From Psilocybe cubensis (taxonomy: Eukaryota): DNA of 64,000 nt. The stretch spans positions 2,852,001 through 2,916,000 of the forward strand of contig CM039007.1 in the NCBI GenBank assembly GCA_017499595.2, in the 5' to 3' direction. The position numbers and the translations under genes are program-made. Each line of letters opens with the position of its first letter. The first letter of the stretch is position 1. The notes under the pieces are model-generated. The model was not told where the DNA came from. It worked only from the letters and a program-made list of their open reading frames with translations, and did not search any database. Of this stretch, positions 37,265-50,368 are shown piece after piece.

Positions 37265-38447
37265 TATGGCTGCCCAAGTGGGGAAATATTCCCCGTAAAC
37301 ATAATTTGCTTATTTTTGAGAAGTGTGTCAAGAATAGAAAATGATTTATGCGCGGAAACATTTATTTGGTGCACAGATTGCTTTCTGAGGCAGTTTGATG
37401 AATCCGTAAACACAATTGTCTGCGCGGAAACATATTTCAGACATAATTTGCAAGTGAGAGTGCAATATTTCTGCCCCAAATTAAATTCAACGTGTAAATT
37501 ACATGCGCGTAAATAAAATTTGTGCGCTGAACAAACCTTTCAATGCGCGGAAAACATCATTCGAAATGACATTTTCTTGACCAAAGTGGCCAGCCGCGAT
37601 TGCCTTGATTATGTAAATTGATCCATTATGGCACTTCGGCAGAAGTTCTACGAGTTAAAGCTCCGACTGTCCTGTGCAACAGGTATCTTGCCATTACCAT
37701 TTTGTAGGGTAAGGTATCAACAACTTTTTGGGCTCCATATATATAGTAACACCTATCTGGTGCTTTTAAAAAGCTCCACATTGGTGGTGCAGATTGTGCA
37801 CTATCTCAGACAGCCCTGGGACTGTTTAAAAACTGTATATATTGTGGGAATAACATCAATCAGTACGTCTCTGCCTGTATGTTGCACGTCTGTGAAGTTG
37901 AGCATGTCTAGATAAGATTAGAAAGTCATATTAAGACAATATTTAATGAGTAAAAATGTAATTAATGGCCAATAGTACTTCATAAATGGCAGTACAAGAA
38001 ATCGACACTTTGTATTGAATTGCAATTCTAGGTTATGCATTCAGTTGGAGCTCTTAACTCCATGAGAATGTGCCGAAGTGCCAGAGTGGATCAATTTACA
38101 TAATCACGGCAATCGCGGCTGGCCACTTTGGTCAAGAAATGGTCATTTCAAATAATGTTTTCCGCTCATTGAAAGGTTTTTTCAGCGCACAAAATGTACT
38201 TACGCGCATGTAATTTACACGTTAAATATAATTTGGAGCAGAAATAATGCACTCGAGCTTGCAAATTATGCAAAAAATATATTTCCGCGCAGTCAATTTT
38301 GTTTATGGACTCGTCAAATTTACCTCAAAATCAATCCGGGCACCAAACAAATGTTTCCGCGCACAAGTTTTGTTCTATTATTGACGCACTTCTTAAAAAT
38401 AAGGAAATTATATTTACGGGGAATATTTCCCCACTTGGGCAGTCATA
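37265..38447. mobile_element. Non-autonomous long-TIR element, IS3EU-like ends
   Basis: Same termini as 35563-36876; imperfect TIR of ~380 bp; 6-bp TSD CTTATG. Confidence 0.9.
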
Positions 38448-39069
38448 CTTATGCCGCTAGCCGCCTCATATTTGAACTCCGAGCGCTCACTCATAGTTTC
38501 TAGACATTGCTTTACATTCAACAAGGCATGATGGTCTTCCCAATGAGCTGTGTGTATGTACAAAATGTCGAACTAAATTCGCATCCTGAGATCCATGAAA
38601 CATCGGAAGTGTGAGGTACATTAGTCTCGTTCCCATCCGTTATAGGGCACGATCTCCCCTTCTGCAAGAGGGCCGGGACTAAAAAGCGGAGATCAAAGTC
38701 GGAGTCAAAAATTCTGCAATATGTATTTGATTGGGGAGATGTGCCGGGCAACCAGACACTCTGAATCTCCGACAGATATGCCGAGTGATTGCCGGGTTTC
38801 CCGGCACCAGTAACAGGCCTAAGACCCCAGCCATACGCAAGTTGTTTACATTATATGTGTCCAACTATCTGGAAGTCAACTGTTGGGAGTGCAATGAAGC
38901 CATTTGATTAGTTTTCTTGACATTAACCTGCTATAACAATCTTCAAGTAGAATACGCACGATTATCCTCACACGGCCATTTTATTCATCACACAGAGCGA
39001 ATTTAAGCGTGTTAAACAAGGTACGTTTGAAATTTGAATGTCATGTTCAACAGTTATATCATAATTCGG

Positions 39070-39897
39070 CTACGCCGAAGATTCCTCTCGGGCTGGAACT
39101 GGGGTGCCATCTTTTTTTTCATCCTCTAATCCACTCCTACGTAATAGCTTCCTCTTTTTTATTTCCCTGTACCCTAACCAAGCTCCAATTACCGATGTAA
39201 ACACACCAAGAGTTGATCCTACAATTGTTGCTATATCACTTGGACCAAGTCCCGAGTGTGAAGAAGTCGGAGATGACGCAGCCGGCGAAGAATTCATTGG
39301 AGATGAAGGTGGTGGGATTTGTGGATTTGACCCAGAGGTAGAAGCTCCACCAGCACCAGCGGTAGATGCTGAAGAGAAGTTTCCAGAGCAGATCGCAAGG
39401 TCTGCTGGATTGATGCATTCAGTACCAATTCCGTCTCCAATGCAAATCTGCAAAGACCGTGATGATGCACAGGAATAATCGTTTCCAAGAACGCATGACG
39501 ACGAGTCGCAGCAAGCGAATTGAGAACCCATCGGCTGGACTTTCATATAGTCCACAAGCTGCGGGGGACATGGTTTGCTGATTACTGCCGACCTGCTGAT
39601 TGCTTGACATCCATCCGCTGCACAAGCATGCTGCTCAAAAGTTCCTCCAATGCACAATGTCAGAGTGGGATAATTGCCAAGGTTATGTGAGTCAACCACG
39701 ATATTTTCTCCACAAGCATGAAAGGGGGACCCCGATTGGTCGATACATCCAAAACCATCCAGGCAGCAACGAAACGTATATGTTGAATTAATGATGTTGG
39801 AGAAGGTGTCGGTCATGAGTTGGGTATCGCTGCCAGAATTGCACTCAGAGTTAAACCCAAATGGGTCAGGCTGATTGGAGCTGGAGGTGCTGGACAT
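39070..39897 (-). CDS. Cys-rich single-pass membrane protein of unknown function
   Basis: 275-aa ORF: two Cys-rich units (F.CC....C...C...L.(L/I)CIG...C), S/P/G stalk, TM segment IATIVGSTLGVFTSVIGAWLGY, basic tail. Intron ~39899-39955 directly upstream of the ATG. Confidence 0.75.
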   Translation of the reverse strand: MSSTSSSNQPDPFGFNSECNSGSDTQLMTDTFSNIINSTYTFRCCLDGFGCIDQSGSPFHACGENIVVDSHNLGNYPTLTLCIGGTFEQHACAADGCQAISRSAVISKPCPPQLVDYMKVQPMGSQFACCDSSSCVLGNDYSCASSRSLQICIGDGIGTECINPADLAICSGNFSSASTAGAGGASTSGSNPQIPPPSSPMNSSPAASSPTSSHSGLGPSDIATIVGSTLGVFTSVIGAWLGYREIKKRKLLRRSGLEDEKKDGTPVPAREESSA

Positions 39898-40640
39898 CCT
39901 ATGCGCAGACGATTGAATATCATGAAGAACTTGTGGGAGATAGACATCGACTCACCTAGATGCTGGAGAACTACTCGTGACGGTATGAGGTAAAGCGACG
40001 ATCGTGGACCAGTTTCACAATGGTTTCCCAGGTAAAGCCAGCATCCCTGATGCTAACACGCTACTATCCCACACCTGCGTAGACAGGTTCTCAAGAAAAT
40101 TTGGAAGTTAGATGATAGGGGCTTGGTATTTTGATACTCATATACACACAAATTTTAGTCATCTTTCCCAATTTGTGTCCAAATGAATCACCCTACATTC
40201 TCCAACTTCTCATTAATATCTTAGCCTTACAATTAGTGTGTGCATACGGAGAGTTCAGTAGGAAAAATATCTGCTACCTCCGCTACCAACGCACACATAT
40301 AGATTAGGACCATGCGCAGCGGGCGCCTAATATAGCACATTGACGAATCAATGCTGAAATCAAACATGATGACTGTATTCATCAGTCGAATGACGGATTG
40401 GAGGGGAATCCTGGGAATTTTCGCATTATCAAGGCGGTCAGTTCTTGTATTACATTATTACATTGATATATAACATTTGTTGGTGTATAATGATAACCTT
40501 AACGTCCGATAAAATGGATTGTCGATCGTCAGAATCATATCCTTCGTGCACTCCTTCAATGATGTATAATAGATAACAAAAATTCCATTGTACTTCTAAT
40601 AAATTTTGACATAAATCTACGGCGAATGTGCTCATGATTG

Positions 40641-43600
40641 CTAGTAACCAAAATGTACATAAGGGACCCATTGGGAAAATGAGCTATCACAGTCCACCAG
40701 ACATTGTTGAACTTGTTTTGTCGCATAGTCTAACGCAAATGCTGCATCCCCACAGTCCAGGTTCCCGTTGGATTGCTTGTTGTTAACTATGTATTCGTAG
40801 AATTTGATAGCAAACCTCGGTCCATAAGCGTCAGAAATATTCCACATCGTACTCACAACTCCACGATATCCTGCTGACAGCATACCTGCAGCAGTATGGA
40901 CGGCCTCTTCTGAAAGCCTATCGTCCCCTTTTGAGGTCTGACAGGCCGAGAGGAATGCCAAATCTTTGTTTGGGATATTCTGCTGCATAATGTCAAGAAG
41001 TCCCAGGCGACCATCATAAAGGCACAGGCCGCTAGAAAGCGCATCTCCATGATCTTGAACACCATGACATGCAAAGTGAACCCAATTGTGAGAAACCATC
41101 TCTTTCATGACATTCTCCTTTGTTGCGCTCGTGTCCTCCAGCAATCGTGTTTCTATCCCAGTTCCAAGGAATAGGGTTTGAATATCATGCGTCTCTTTAC
41201 GAACCGAAGGTATAGGGTTCAGTCCTGGTGTGTCAGGCTGGCTGATTAGAAGGATATCAGTAGATGTGGATTGTACAGGTTTTGACGCCATCTTCTCCAG
41301 GAGGAAGCGCACGGATGGCGTGTATGACGACACCACATAGTCACGAACATTAGAGCCAGTACAATACTCTGATCCGTATATTCCTGCTGCATGGAGAGGG
41401 AGAAAAGCAAGAGGACCAACGGGGCACCACCATATGCGTCGCCGGTTTAGTGGTTCATTGGAGGCCTGTAATTTAACATGAGAATCCTTGATGTCGTTTA
41501 TGAGCTCGATTCAACAGCTACGTACCGTATAACCTAATGCCTTGATAATTGGCCAAACAATCTTCTGCCAGAGTTCCTTTAATATATACCTCATAGGCTC
41601 TGGACGTTCATGACGACGGCGAGTTCCACGTTCCTGATTGTCGACATCACGTTTGTCCAGAACATCAACTTGAAGAATTTTCTGCAGCGCCTCGGCCTGT
41701 TTGATGTCAAATTCTGTAAGGGGTACGTGCAATGGAGCACTGCTATCCTTTACAAGCGCTAAGGCATCACAGCTAGTCCTGGAAATATTAAATATTATGA
41801 CAGGCCCTTCAGCAGGTAGAGACGCTAGGATATGGGCGGCCTTTGCGGGCAAAAGAAAGCGTTCGAAGTTTTTCTGACTTCGAATTTCCGACAAAAGGCT
41901 TTTGTATTGAGCTGCAAATAGCGTATGATCCAGTGCTTGACTTTGAAGGCTGATATCGTCTGCAAGATTTATACCAGACTCCACTGTAGCCGGAACCTTT
42001 CGAGTTCCATGATGCTCCAACGCTTTAGCTAAGTTCAAGAACCTATCAGCTAGGTTCGGATGTTTCTCTTTAAGATCGTCAATCGGTGTTCGGAGCTGAT
42101 TTATCTGACTCCAAACCAAACATCTTCCCTGTTCCAGCCATTCCAGAGCAAGATCAAGTCTACCAAAATCTAATGCTGCGCCAGCTGCTGCCCTTATGAG
42201 ATTAGAATGACCTTGGAGGTTGTAATGACGGCGAGAGATTGTCTGCGATAAAGCCGCTACCTCTGACAGTAAATCTATAGCGAGTGAAAAGTCACTTAGA
42301 CATCCCTCGCGATCATAGTCGAATGAGATAAACGCAGCCTTTGTTGCAGCATCAAGGCGAGCAGATGGAGTCCCTGGTGCATTGGCGCCTTTGCGATATG
42401 CCTGAATTGCAGCCTGTATATCAGGTTGCGAATCGCAAAGCTCAAACCGACATGCATACGAGATACCCAAGCTGTACAACATCGTGGTGAGAATGGAATA
42501 CGTGGCAGGCGTGAGATCAATAGCTTGTTGGAAATATGATATAGAGAGGTCAATGTTGTCAATGAAACAAGTTTTCTTGAAACGAAGGCCGTGAGCATTT
42601 CCAAGATTACCGAGCCACGCTCCTCGAGCCGTATGATCCTTAGGTGCGCAGTCCAAGGCTTTTCTTATGAATGCGATGCTGTTGTCGATATCGCAGAGGT
42701 CCTGCGTATGGTCGAACTTCAACTCATATGACGTTCCCAGATTGTTTAACCAGTTTGGAAGAACCGCGTGGCCAGCTGGAGCCAGGTCAATTACTTTGTG
42801 GTGAAGGATCAATGCAGTGTCAATGTCCTCCACGTTATGGGAATGCCTGAAGCGAGTATCATAGGCGTTGGCCAACAAGTTAAGATATCTTAGATACTCT
42901 GCATGATCGGGGGGAGTGAAATCAACCGCTTTATGATGATAGGAAATGGAATGGTTAATGTCTTGATCGATTTTGGAGTGTTCAAAGCGCACTCTATACG
43001 AATATCCTAGGCCACAAAGCAGAATCGACAAGTCAGGGTGATCCGAAGGCATTGAGTCCACCCCCTTTTGGTGGTACGATATTGCATAATCAATATCTTG
43101 AAGATCTCCGGTCACCATGAATCGAGACAGGTGAGCATCTCCCAGGTTGTGGATTCGCCGGGTAAGCTCAGAATGTCCGGGGGGAGTGCTTTGCACCGCC
43201 TTCTGATTGTACATGAGGGCGCGGTTATTGTCTTCAAGGTCACCAGTCCGCTCAAAACGCGACAAGTAAGATCGGCCAAGGTTGCTTAGGTAGACGGCAA
43301 GGTTTTGAGCGTTGGATGGTGTAAGCTTTACAGCCTTTTCATGATAGGAAATCGCCGAATTGATATTTTCAAAGTCACCAGTGCGATTAAAACGAAGAAG
43401 ATAGGACGTTCCCAGATTTGCGCAGAGGCTTGCGTTGTTAGTCGAGCTATCACATTCCAAGGCCATTTTGTGATACGAAATTGCCGAATCTATGTCCAGA
43501 AGGTCTCCCGTGCGTTCGAAGCGACGTCCATAAGAATGTCCTAGACCATTATAAAATCCTGAAAGATCTTCATGCCCAGGATGTGTGGAGTCTGCTGCCT

Positions 43601-45428
43601 TCTTATTACACGCTATAGCCAAATCTAAATCGAGAAGATTTCCCGACCGTTCGAACCGGCGTGTATATGAAAACCCAAGCCCATGATTCCAACTCGGAAG
43701 ATCTGGATGTCCAGATGGTGCGAAATCGATTGTTTTCTGGTGGTATGATATAGCAGCCTCAATGTCTTCCAGACTTCCAGTGAGCTCAAACCTACTGACG
43801 TATGCATTTCCCAGCTTATGGAGTCGACTGGGATAAGAAGGATCATCTGCAGAAGTCAAATCTAGAACCTGCTTCCAATAGTCGATGGAGACATCGGCGT
43901 CTTGAAGTTGCTCACTATTCTTGAAACGGGAATGATACGAAGATGCCAATTTTTCCAGAGACATGAGACGCGTCGGACCTTCATGAGGAGAGCAGTCCAA
44001 CGCTTGGTGACCAAAAGAAATAGCAAGATTGATATCGTGTACATCATGGAATTGTTCTGAGCGCGTCCTGTATGCGATTGCAAGATTTATGAACGACCTC
44101 CAAAGGATGTCTTTGTTTGAATTAGCATTATCAACAGCTTTGCGATGATATGATACAACCAGGTCAATATCGTTTATGTCTTGAGTACAGTTGAAACGAT
44201 CCGCATAAAGGTTTCCGAGTTTGGTGAGGATATTGGGGAGATTGCTCGGGGGGCAGGATTCCTCCATCTTCCGGAAGTGAGATATGACAAAATCGAGATC
44301 ATCGAGGTTATGGCTAAGATTGAAACGAATTTCGTAAGAAATCACAAGGTTATTAAGCCACCTTGGATGGTCGTCGGAAGTGGAATTAAGCGCCTTCGTG
44401 TGGTACTCTACTGCGTGGTCAATGTCGCCTAGATCTTTTGTTTGCTTGAACCTGCATCGATGCAAAATCCCCAGGTTGCTGAAAATATTAGGTAGATTCG
44501 GATCGCCTTCATGAGCTAGCCTTACAGCATCTTCGAGTGTCGAGATAGCCTTAGTAATGTCTGCAAGGTCTCCAGTAAGATCAAAGAGCGATTGTAAGGC
44601 ACACGCTAGGCCGTTCAAGCGGTCGGCCATCTCCTCGTGCTCGTCTGGGGTGCGCTTCACCGATTCTTCGAAGTTTAAAATAGATTGTTTGAGGTCCTGT
44701 ATATCGCCAAATCGTTCAAATTTGCGCAGAAAGAATATTCCGCATTGTTCAAGATACTCCGGCTGTGTTTGATCAGTTATAACAATAAGTAATTGAGGTT
44801 CGTGACTGACATTCATAAAACTCTGCAAATTAATTGTAGTAGTATAGCTGTCTTGGTGATTTCCCACCTGCACCTCCTCGTAGTTTGTCCAGGGGGTGGG
44901 ATCCTGTTTTACAAAAGGTGGGATTTCCTCGTCGTTTTGTAATCGTGGCCAGTCCCGTGAACTCTTATCAACCTTCTTCAGGGTGATCACAAGACATTTC
45001 CTCGGAAGATCCTGCCTCACAACCATAGCCTTTAATTGTCAGTTAGAAGATCCACGCTGTGAATAGAAATCGATTCACCTCCGAGTCAACTTTTGAATAT
45101 AGAACTAGGTCAAATGCATATTTGGCTTCGTTCAGACTTCTGGATGAATAGGACAATTCTGATGAGTATCTAAAACCACTTCCATGGAAAAGAATAACGT
45201 ACTCTCTGGGATAAGCCCGAAATGAAAGAGTTTTATCCAAGACGGCAGTTGTGCACTTCAAACATGATGTTGCAATGTCGGGAATGTTGACGGACAGACG
45301 AATCAAATTCTGTAAAAAAAATGTTGAGTAAGATGTATCATTGGAATATGATGGTAACATACCTCTTGGTCAGTGGTTTCTGAACTTTTCTGGGCCCAAA
45401 AAACTGATGGAATTATGTGTGACGTCAT
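40641..45428 (-). CDS. p23/Sba1(CS)-TPR-CHAT caspase-like protease, apparently intact
   Basis: Exons 45428-45363, 45309-45203, 45139-45079, 45029-~41526 and ~41465-40641. N-terminus MTSHIIPSVFWAQKSS...NLIRLSVNIPDI...YAFDLVLY...LKK...DWPRL; long TPR array; CHAT dyad HFACHG and LSACQT intact. Confidence 0.88.
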
Positions 45429-46723
45429 CAAAACGAACGGTCAAGCCTGAGGCGTGAAAAGTGCGAAGTTGGAGTGATTTATGACCTTTATAATAAACAT
45501 GGTTTATATCGTTCTGGACTCCCCTTTCGAGATACGAATGTGCACAGCTTTCATTCACATGCGCAATTAAGCGGGACACTGCACATGCACAGCTTTTTGT
45601 CCCGTGCAGTAACCATTTCCACAGCTTGTCAAGGATACTAGGATGCCAAATACGCCAAACGCTTATTGATCGATTTTTCTTTGTATAATTTGAAGCTGTG
45701 CAAACATATGTGTGGCATGAATACTTGACACCACTTTACGTGTTCAAGAAACATGCAGGACTGAAAATTATATCAATAAATGGGTAATGTCGTTGCAACT
45801 AACTCACTAGCGCAAGAGGCCCATCGACTTGGCGATACAGGAAAATGGAGCGGGAAAAGGGGGGGAAAAGATAGTTAGGGGTTGCCCTGCAAGATCAAGA
45901 TTGGACCAAAAGCGAAGTGTTGTAGAACAAGTGATTATGTATAGACATGTTCCGCGTTCCTCGTGGATTGGAGTTCAGACTCAGAGAGGATGAAGATGAT
46001 ATTCCAAAATGAAGTACATCAAAATTATACGACCGCTGTTGTCCTACCACATCTAGAAATCAAAGATCATCAATGAACGCACGAAGAAACATCTTCAACA
46101 CAAGCTTACCATCACCCCGAACCTAGACCTAATCTCCATTGCATCAACTGAGATACCATTTCCCAAAGCATTGATGTTTGGTTCTATGCCCTTCTAGCAG
46201 CATTCTACATTCCTCCATCCCAGCAGCATAAGCCTTCGACACCGAATGTCATGATAGCCAAGGAATTTGCTCCAGAAGGGTAATCTTCGAACCTCAGAGT
46301 TCAGTCTGGGAGTCAAGTGGCAGTATTTTGTCAGAGAGTGTCGCAAACGGCATGAAAAAGAGCAAGAGAGGGTTTGAGGGTTGAAATTTGAAACGTTGAC
46401 ATTCTGGGCGTCTTACAGAGGTTATGGCGGGAGTTTTCGGAGTAATCATTCGAAATCATTTAAGCGGAGTTATAAAAAATCTAGAGATGCCGAGATATCG
46501 TTAGACTCGTGACCAGCCATTTCTGACAAATCGCCTTTAAACATCGCCTTGCTGTATGAAGTATTGCCAGTGGCAATTGGGCCTTGCTGTGGAGGATTAT
46601 CATTGAATATTGATTCTTAGTAACTATTAGTATAAGTAAAATTTAATGTGCCAGTTTGGTGCCAGTCATGCCGCCTGCCAGCCTAACAGCTATTGTTATG
46701 CTATGTCTAATCTAATCTATAGA

Positions 46724-47889
46724 CACGATGGGCACCTAACTGTCATGTGGCTATCTAACATGTTAGCTAGGTTGTTGCCATAATATTGTACTATGTTAAT
46801 TGTCATGTAATTGTCATGTTAACTGTCATGTTTTTTGGGTCACACTTTACCTTGTCACTCAAGACCCAGTAAGTCTCTGTGAACCGTGAATAGTCTTCAA
46901 GTCCCATAGCTAGCAATCAAAAATGGAGTCTGGCAGTTGCATAACCGGTTGACTTGGGGGCAATAATGCTACTCAATTCTCTTTTTTACGATGCTGTTTA
47001 ATTTTTAAAACCACGTGGAACAGTTTAGCCGACGGGTGTATACTGTTGGTGTGCCTTTCTGAGTTTGAATGAGCTTGAAAGCGGCCAACATGCCGACCGC
47101 AGCAACGGTGTAGTCAAGGAGCTTTGACGCGTCGAAACGCGTCTTTATTTCGCGGCGCGTCTCCTCTTTGCGCCCGTTTTTAGCTATGTTTCCCAATGCC
47201 TGGCAAGGTGCACATTCTGTCAACGATCACACCCATCTAGAGCAAGCCTCTCAGCCCGTAATTGACGTGATTTCCGATCTTAGTGTGCGAGATGTGAGAA
47301 CATGATTGCGACTGTTTGCTCGTCGACCGGTTTTGCATTGTTAATGAAGAAAATTGCCATTCTTTCCCAGGAAATGAGATTCTTGTCCTTATTTGCTGAT
47401 ATCTAGGTGCATGCTGTCTCTCTAACGCGCGAGTACGCACCATATTAGAAGAAATTGATACGAATAGGGGGATTCTAGCGAGCATGATTACCGATCGGCT
47501 GTTCGGCATGGGTATTGATGGATTCAAATACCGCCATGATGTGCACCACATGAATTTTATTGTCATTAAATCTTGAAATTTAATTGCAATTTGATCAATC
47601 AAAAAAATTCAGACAAATTACTGTTTTCTTAAGCCAATGCCCCTAGTGTTTAATATTGGCCAGGTGGTGTAGTGTTAATGTATACACTCTACATTTCCTT
47701 TCATTTTTCCCCCAAGTCAACCGGATATGTATCTGCTGGACCCCATGGTCTTGAGTGACAAGGCAGAGTGTGACTCAAAAAACATGACAGTTAACATGAC
47801 AATTACATGACAATTAACATAGTACAATATTATGGCAACAACCTAGCTGACATGTTAGATAGCCACATGACAGTTAGGTGCCCATCGTG
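46724..47889. mobile_element. Non-autonomous CACTA/EnSpm-like element
   Basis: CACGATGGGCACC...GGTGCCCATCGTG; ~140-bp TIR with tgtcatgt subrepeats; 3-bp TSD AGA; inner inverted pair ccggttgacttggggg at 46945 and 47709-47724. Confidence 0.85.
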
Positions 47890-47929
47890 AGAGGCATCTT
47901 CGGACGCCTTCAAGCATCAAAGAGGTGCA

Positions 47930-47964
<35 letters not shown>

Positions 47965-49162
47965 AAGGGGATCAGAAGTGACAAAAAGTGTTTGGCATTG
48001 TGGTGAAACAGCGACAAAAAAAAAACAATAAACAAGTTGTTCAGTAACGAAAAGCCCGCACAAAGGGTAGCAAAACATGTATGGTCATGTATGGCTAGAG
48101 GGTAAAGAAACAAACAAAGAAGTTGATCAAGAAGATAGACTTACTTACTATATATGGGAACCAAGGCCAAGTAATTGGGTACTTCAATTCGATATCGTGC
48201 CCTTATTGACAATCGACAGTGTAGTTACGAGTCCTCCCTTGGAGGAATCGTTTTTATATCGAACTCGACGTATATCCGAAATCGTGAAACGCATAATGAG
48301 CCGGCGATCAATCGGCAGGGTTTGATCGGCGATTGAATGAGCGATTTTGGCCGTTCACATGCCCGAGAATCGCTGTTTTGATTGGCCGGCGATCGATCAG
48401 CTCAATGTCGGTGTTTAAATTTCAGTTGCTGTCAAAAAGCCTGTCAATCCAGGCTTTTGGCAGGGAATGAAACGCTTTTTGAGCCGGTAATGGCTCGGCA
48501 AAGAAGTCGGAACTTTAAATATCTTGCCACTCGACATCAATCAAAATCTGTTTGAATTTTCAAAGGTTTCTTGTTGCTCCAGCATTGTATGGCCTACTTA
48601 GTTACCTACAACAACTAAATGGTTATTCATAACCATATCATTAAAGGCCTACTTATTTATGTAGACCTAAGAAATTCACCAGTTGTTCATTACCCTTGCA
48701 TTCATGGCTTACTTACTTATGTAGCTTATCTACAATAGGACAACTTGAACATTAGTGATTTCATTCTTTTCAGTCCAGTCTTTGTCTTCAAGTCAGATGA
48801 AACTATTACAATATTATAGTTTACTGGATGAAGCCCCTCCTAAAATACATTTCTTATAAATTCCAAAGGAATTGATCACAAGGACTCGTATCTGCCGTGC
48901 GTAGCAACGGCCCACCTTACAAGTAGGACAGCAAGTCTGTCGGCCACTGGTTGTCAAAACATTGTAAAAACAAAAGGAAAATATGTGGAACCAGCAATTG
49001 ACAAAATCAGTCAAGATTTCTACAGCATGGACAGCGAGTTCATAAACAGAGCCGGAGTTGTTTGTCTCCGGTCTAGATGTGCCTGGTCAGGCCCACTCTG
49101 ACACAAGTTGACTCGGGGACAAAGCTATAAAACTACAAGGTATATTTGTCCGAGGTCAAGCA

Positions 49163-50368
49163 ATGTCACTCAATATAGGAATCCCAGCTCCCTCACCCAC
49201 GGAAATTTTGTTTGGCAAAGGCTTGCTGGACGCATTTTTACGCACTATCACAAAGACTATTGAAGCTGCACCGGTACCTCTTGCCACAGCTCCCAAATGG
49301 AAGGTGTGTTTGTATCGTAACAACCATAAGCACCGTTATTGATATCATATGCGCAGGCGACAGCTGCGATTCTCAAGTCCGGTATGTAGCCTCCTTCATT
49401 CTGTGTGCAACGGTGACTGACATGTTAAAACGTAGCCATTAGGGATGACATATCCAAGCTTATTTTGATTAGGCCACATATGAAAGTAAGAGGACATCAG
49501 GTTAGTTCAATCCATTGGATGAGGAGTCACAGACTTAGAAATTGTGTGAGCAGATCGACCATGTTTTTGAATTGCAGGTTCGTAGTGAATATTTATCAGC
49601 CAAAAGTGTTGACTTATTGTTGCTGCTCCAGTATTTTGTTTCTGCTTTCCTCTTCACTGTCGGCCTGTATATTATGACAACTGGAGACGTCACGTTCAAG
49701 CCCGATGTAACCGATATTTCGCTGGCGGTAACAATCATCAATTCAGAGAGCAATGTGTGCGCTTTGGTCAACAGGAAGCACAAGTTTAAAAGGGAGTTTT
49801 TCAGAGCGTCTGAAACCAAAGGTGGGGCTTGGGTTCACCGCTTGTACTGCGTTTCTAATTCAATGTAGAGTTCTACGGAGATGAAGACACGATCACAGCC
49901 AACCTTGACACGCTCCTGGAATACATGTGTACATACAGCTCTCGCTTCTCAGCGTACCTGACAGAGTTATCAAAGACAATCTTAGCAAAGCCCGATATCC
50001 ATACACCGTTCAAGACAATGTTCATCGCAAATCTCCTCTTGACGCCGTGGTGTCAGGGTATGATGTGGAAGCCCATTTTCGACAACGCACGCCTTCATCA
50101 GGTACCCTTTTCCAAAACTGTCACCATGAAAAATTATATGTCGCAGCCCTGGATGAACGACAATCTGGTTTATGAGAAGATCTCGGTAGCGATTGGCGGC
50201 GAACCCACGGAAGATGAATATATCAAGAAAGGCGCGATGGTCTATACTTATGACAAAGAACAACAAGAAATCGGTATAATCGAGACCGAGCCGTTCACGG
50301 AAGAGGAGTTGAGGAAGCGGGGGTTGTGGGATGATGACTCGTGGCTGGAGGAACCTTTACCGATTTAA
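49163..50368 (+). CDS. HNH-like motif protein, tandem paralogue 1
   Basis: Six exons in the same layout as the paralogues; GHQ-IDHVFELQ...INSESNVCALVNRKHKFK; C-terminus MKNY..QPW..DN...W. Confidence 0.8.

Noticed and set aside
36572-37915. Short ORFs inside the long-TIR elements (also 10050-10308)
   Set aside because: They lie within or beside TIRs and have no transposase motifs.
45600-45824. Possible further upstream exons of the CHAT gene (ATG 45824 followed by GTGAGT)
   Set aside because: ATG 45428 already gives a complete p23-like N-terminus with a TATA-like motif ~60 bp upstream; no coherent spliced frame was found.
47933-47963. 31-nt poly(A) run as a retrocopy or LINE tail
   Set aside because: No TSD or recognisable retroposed body adjacent; treated as a simple repeat.
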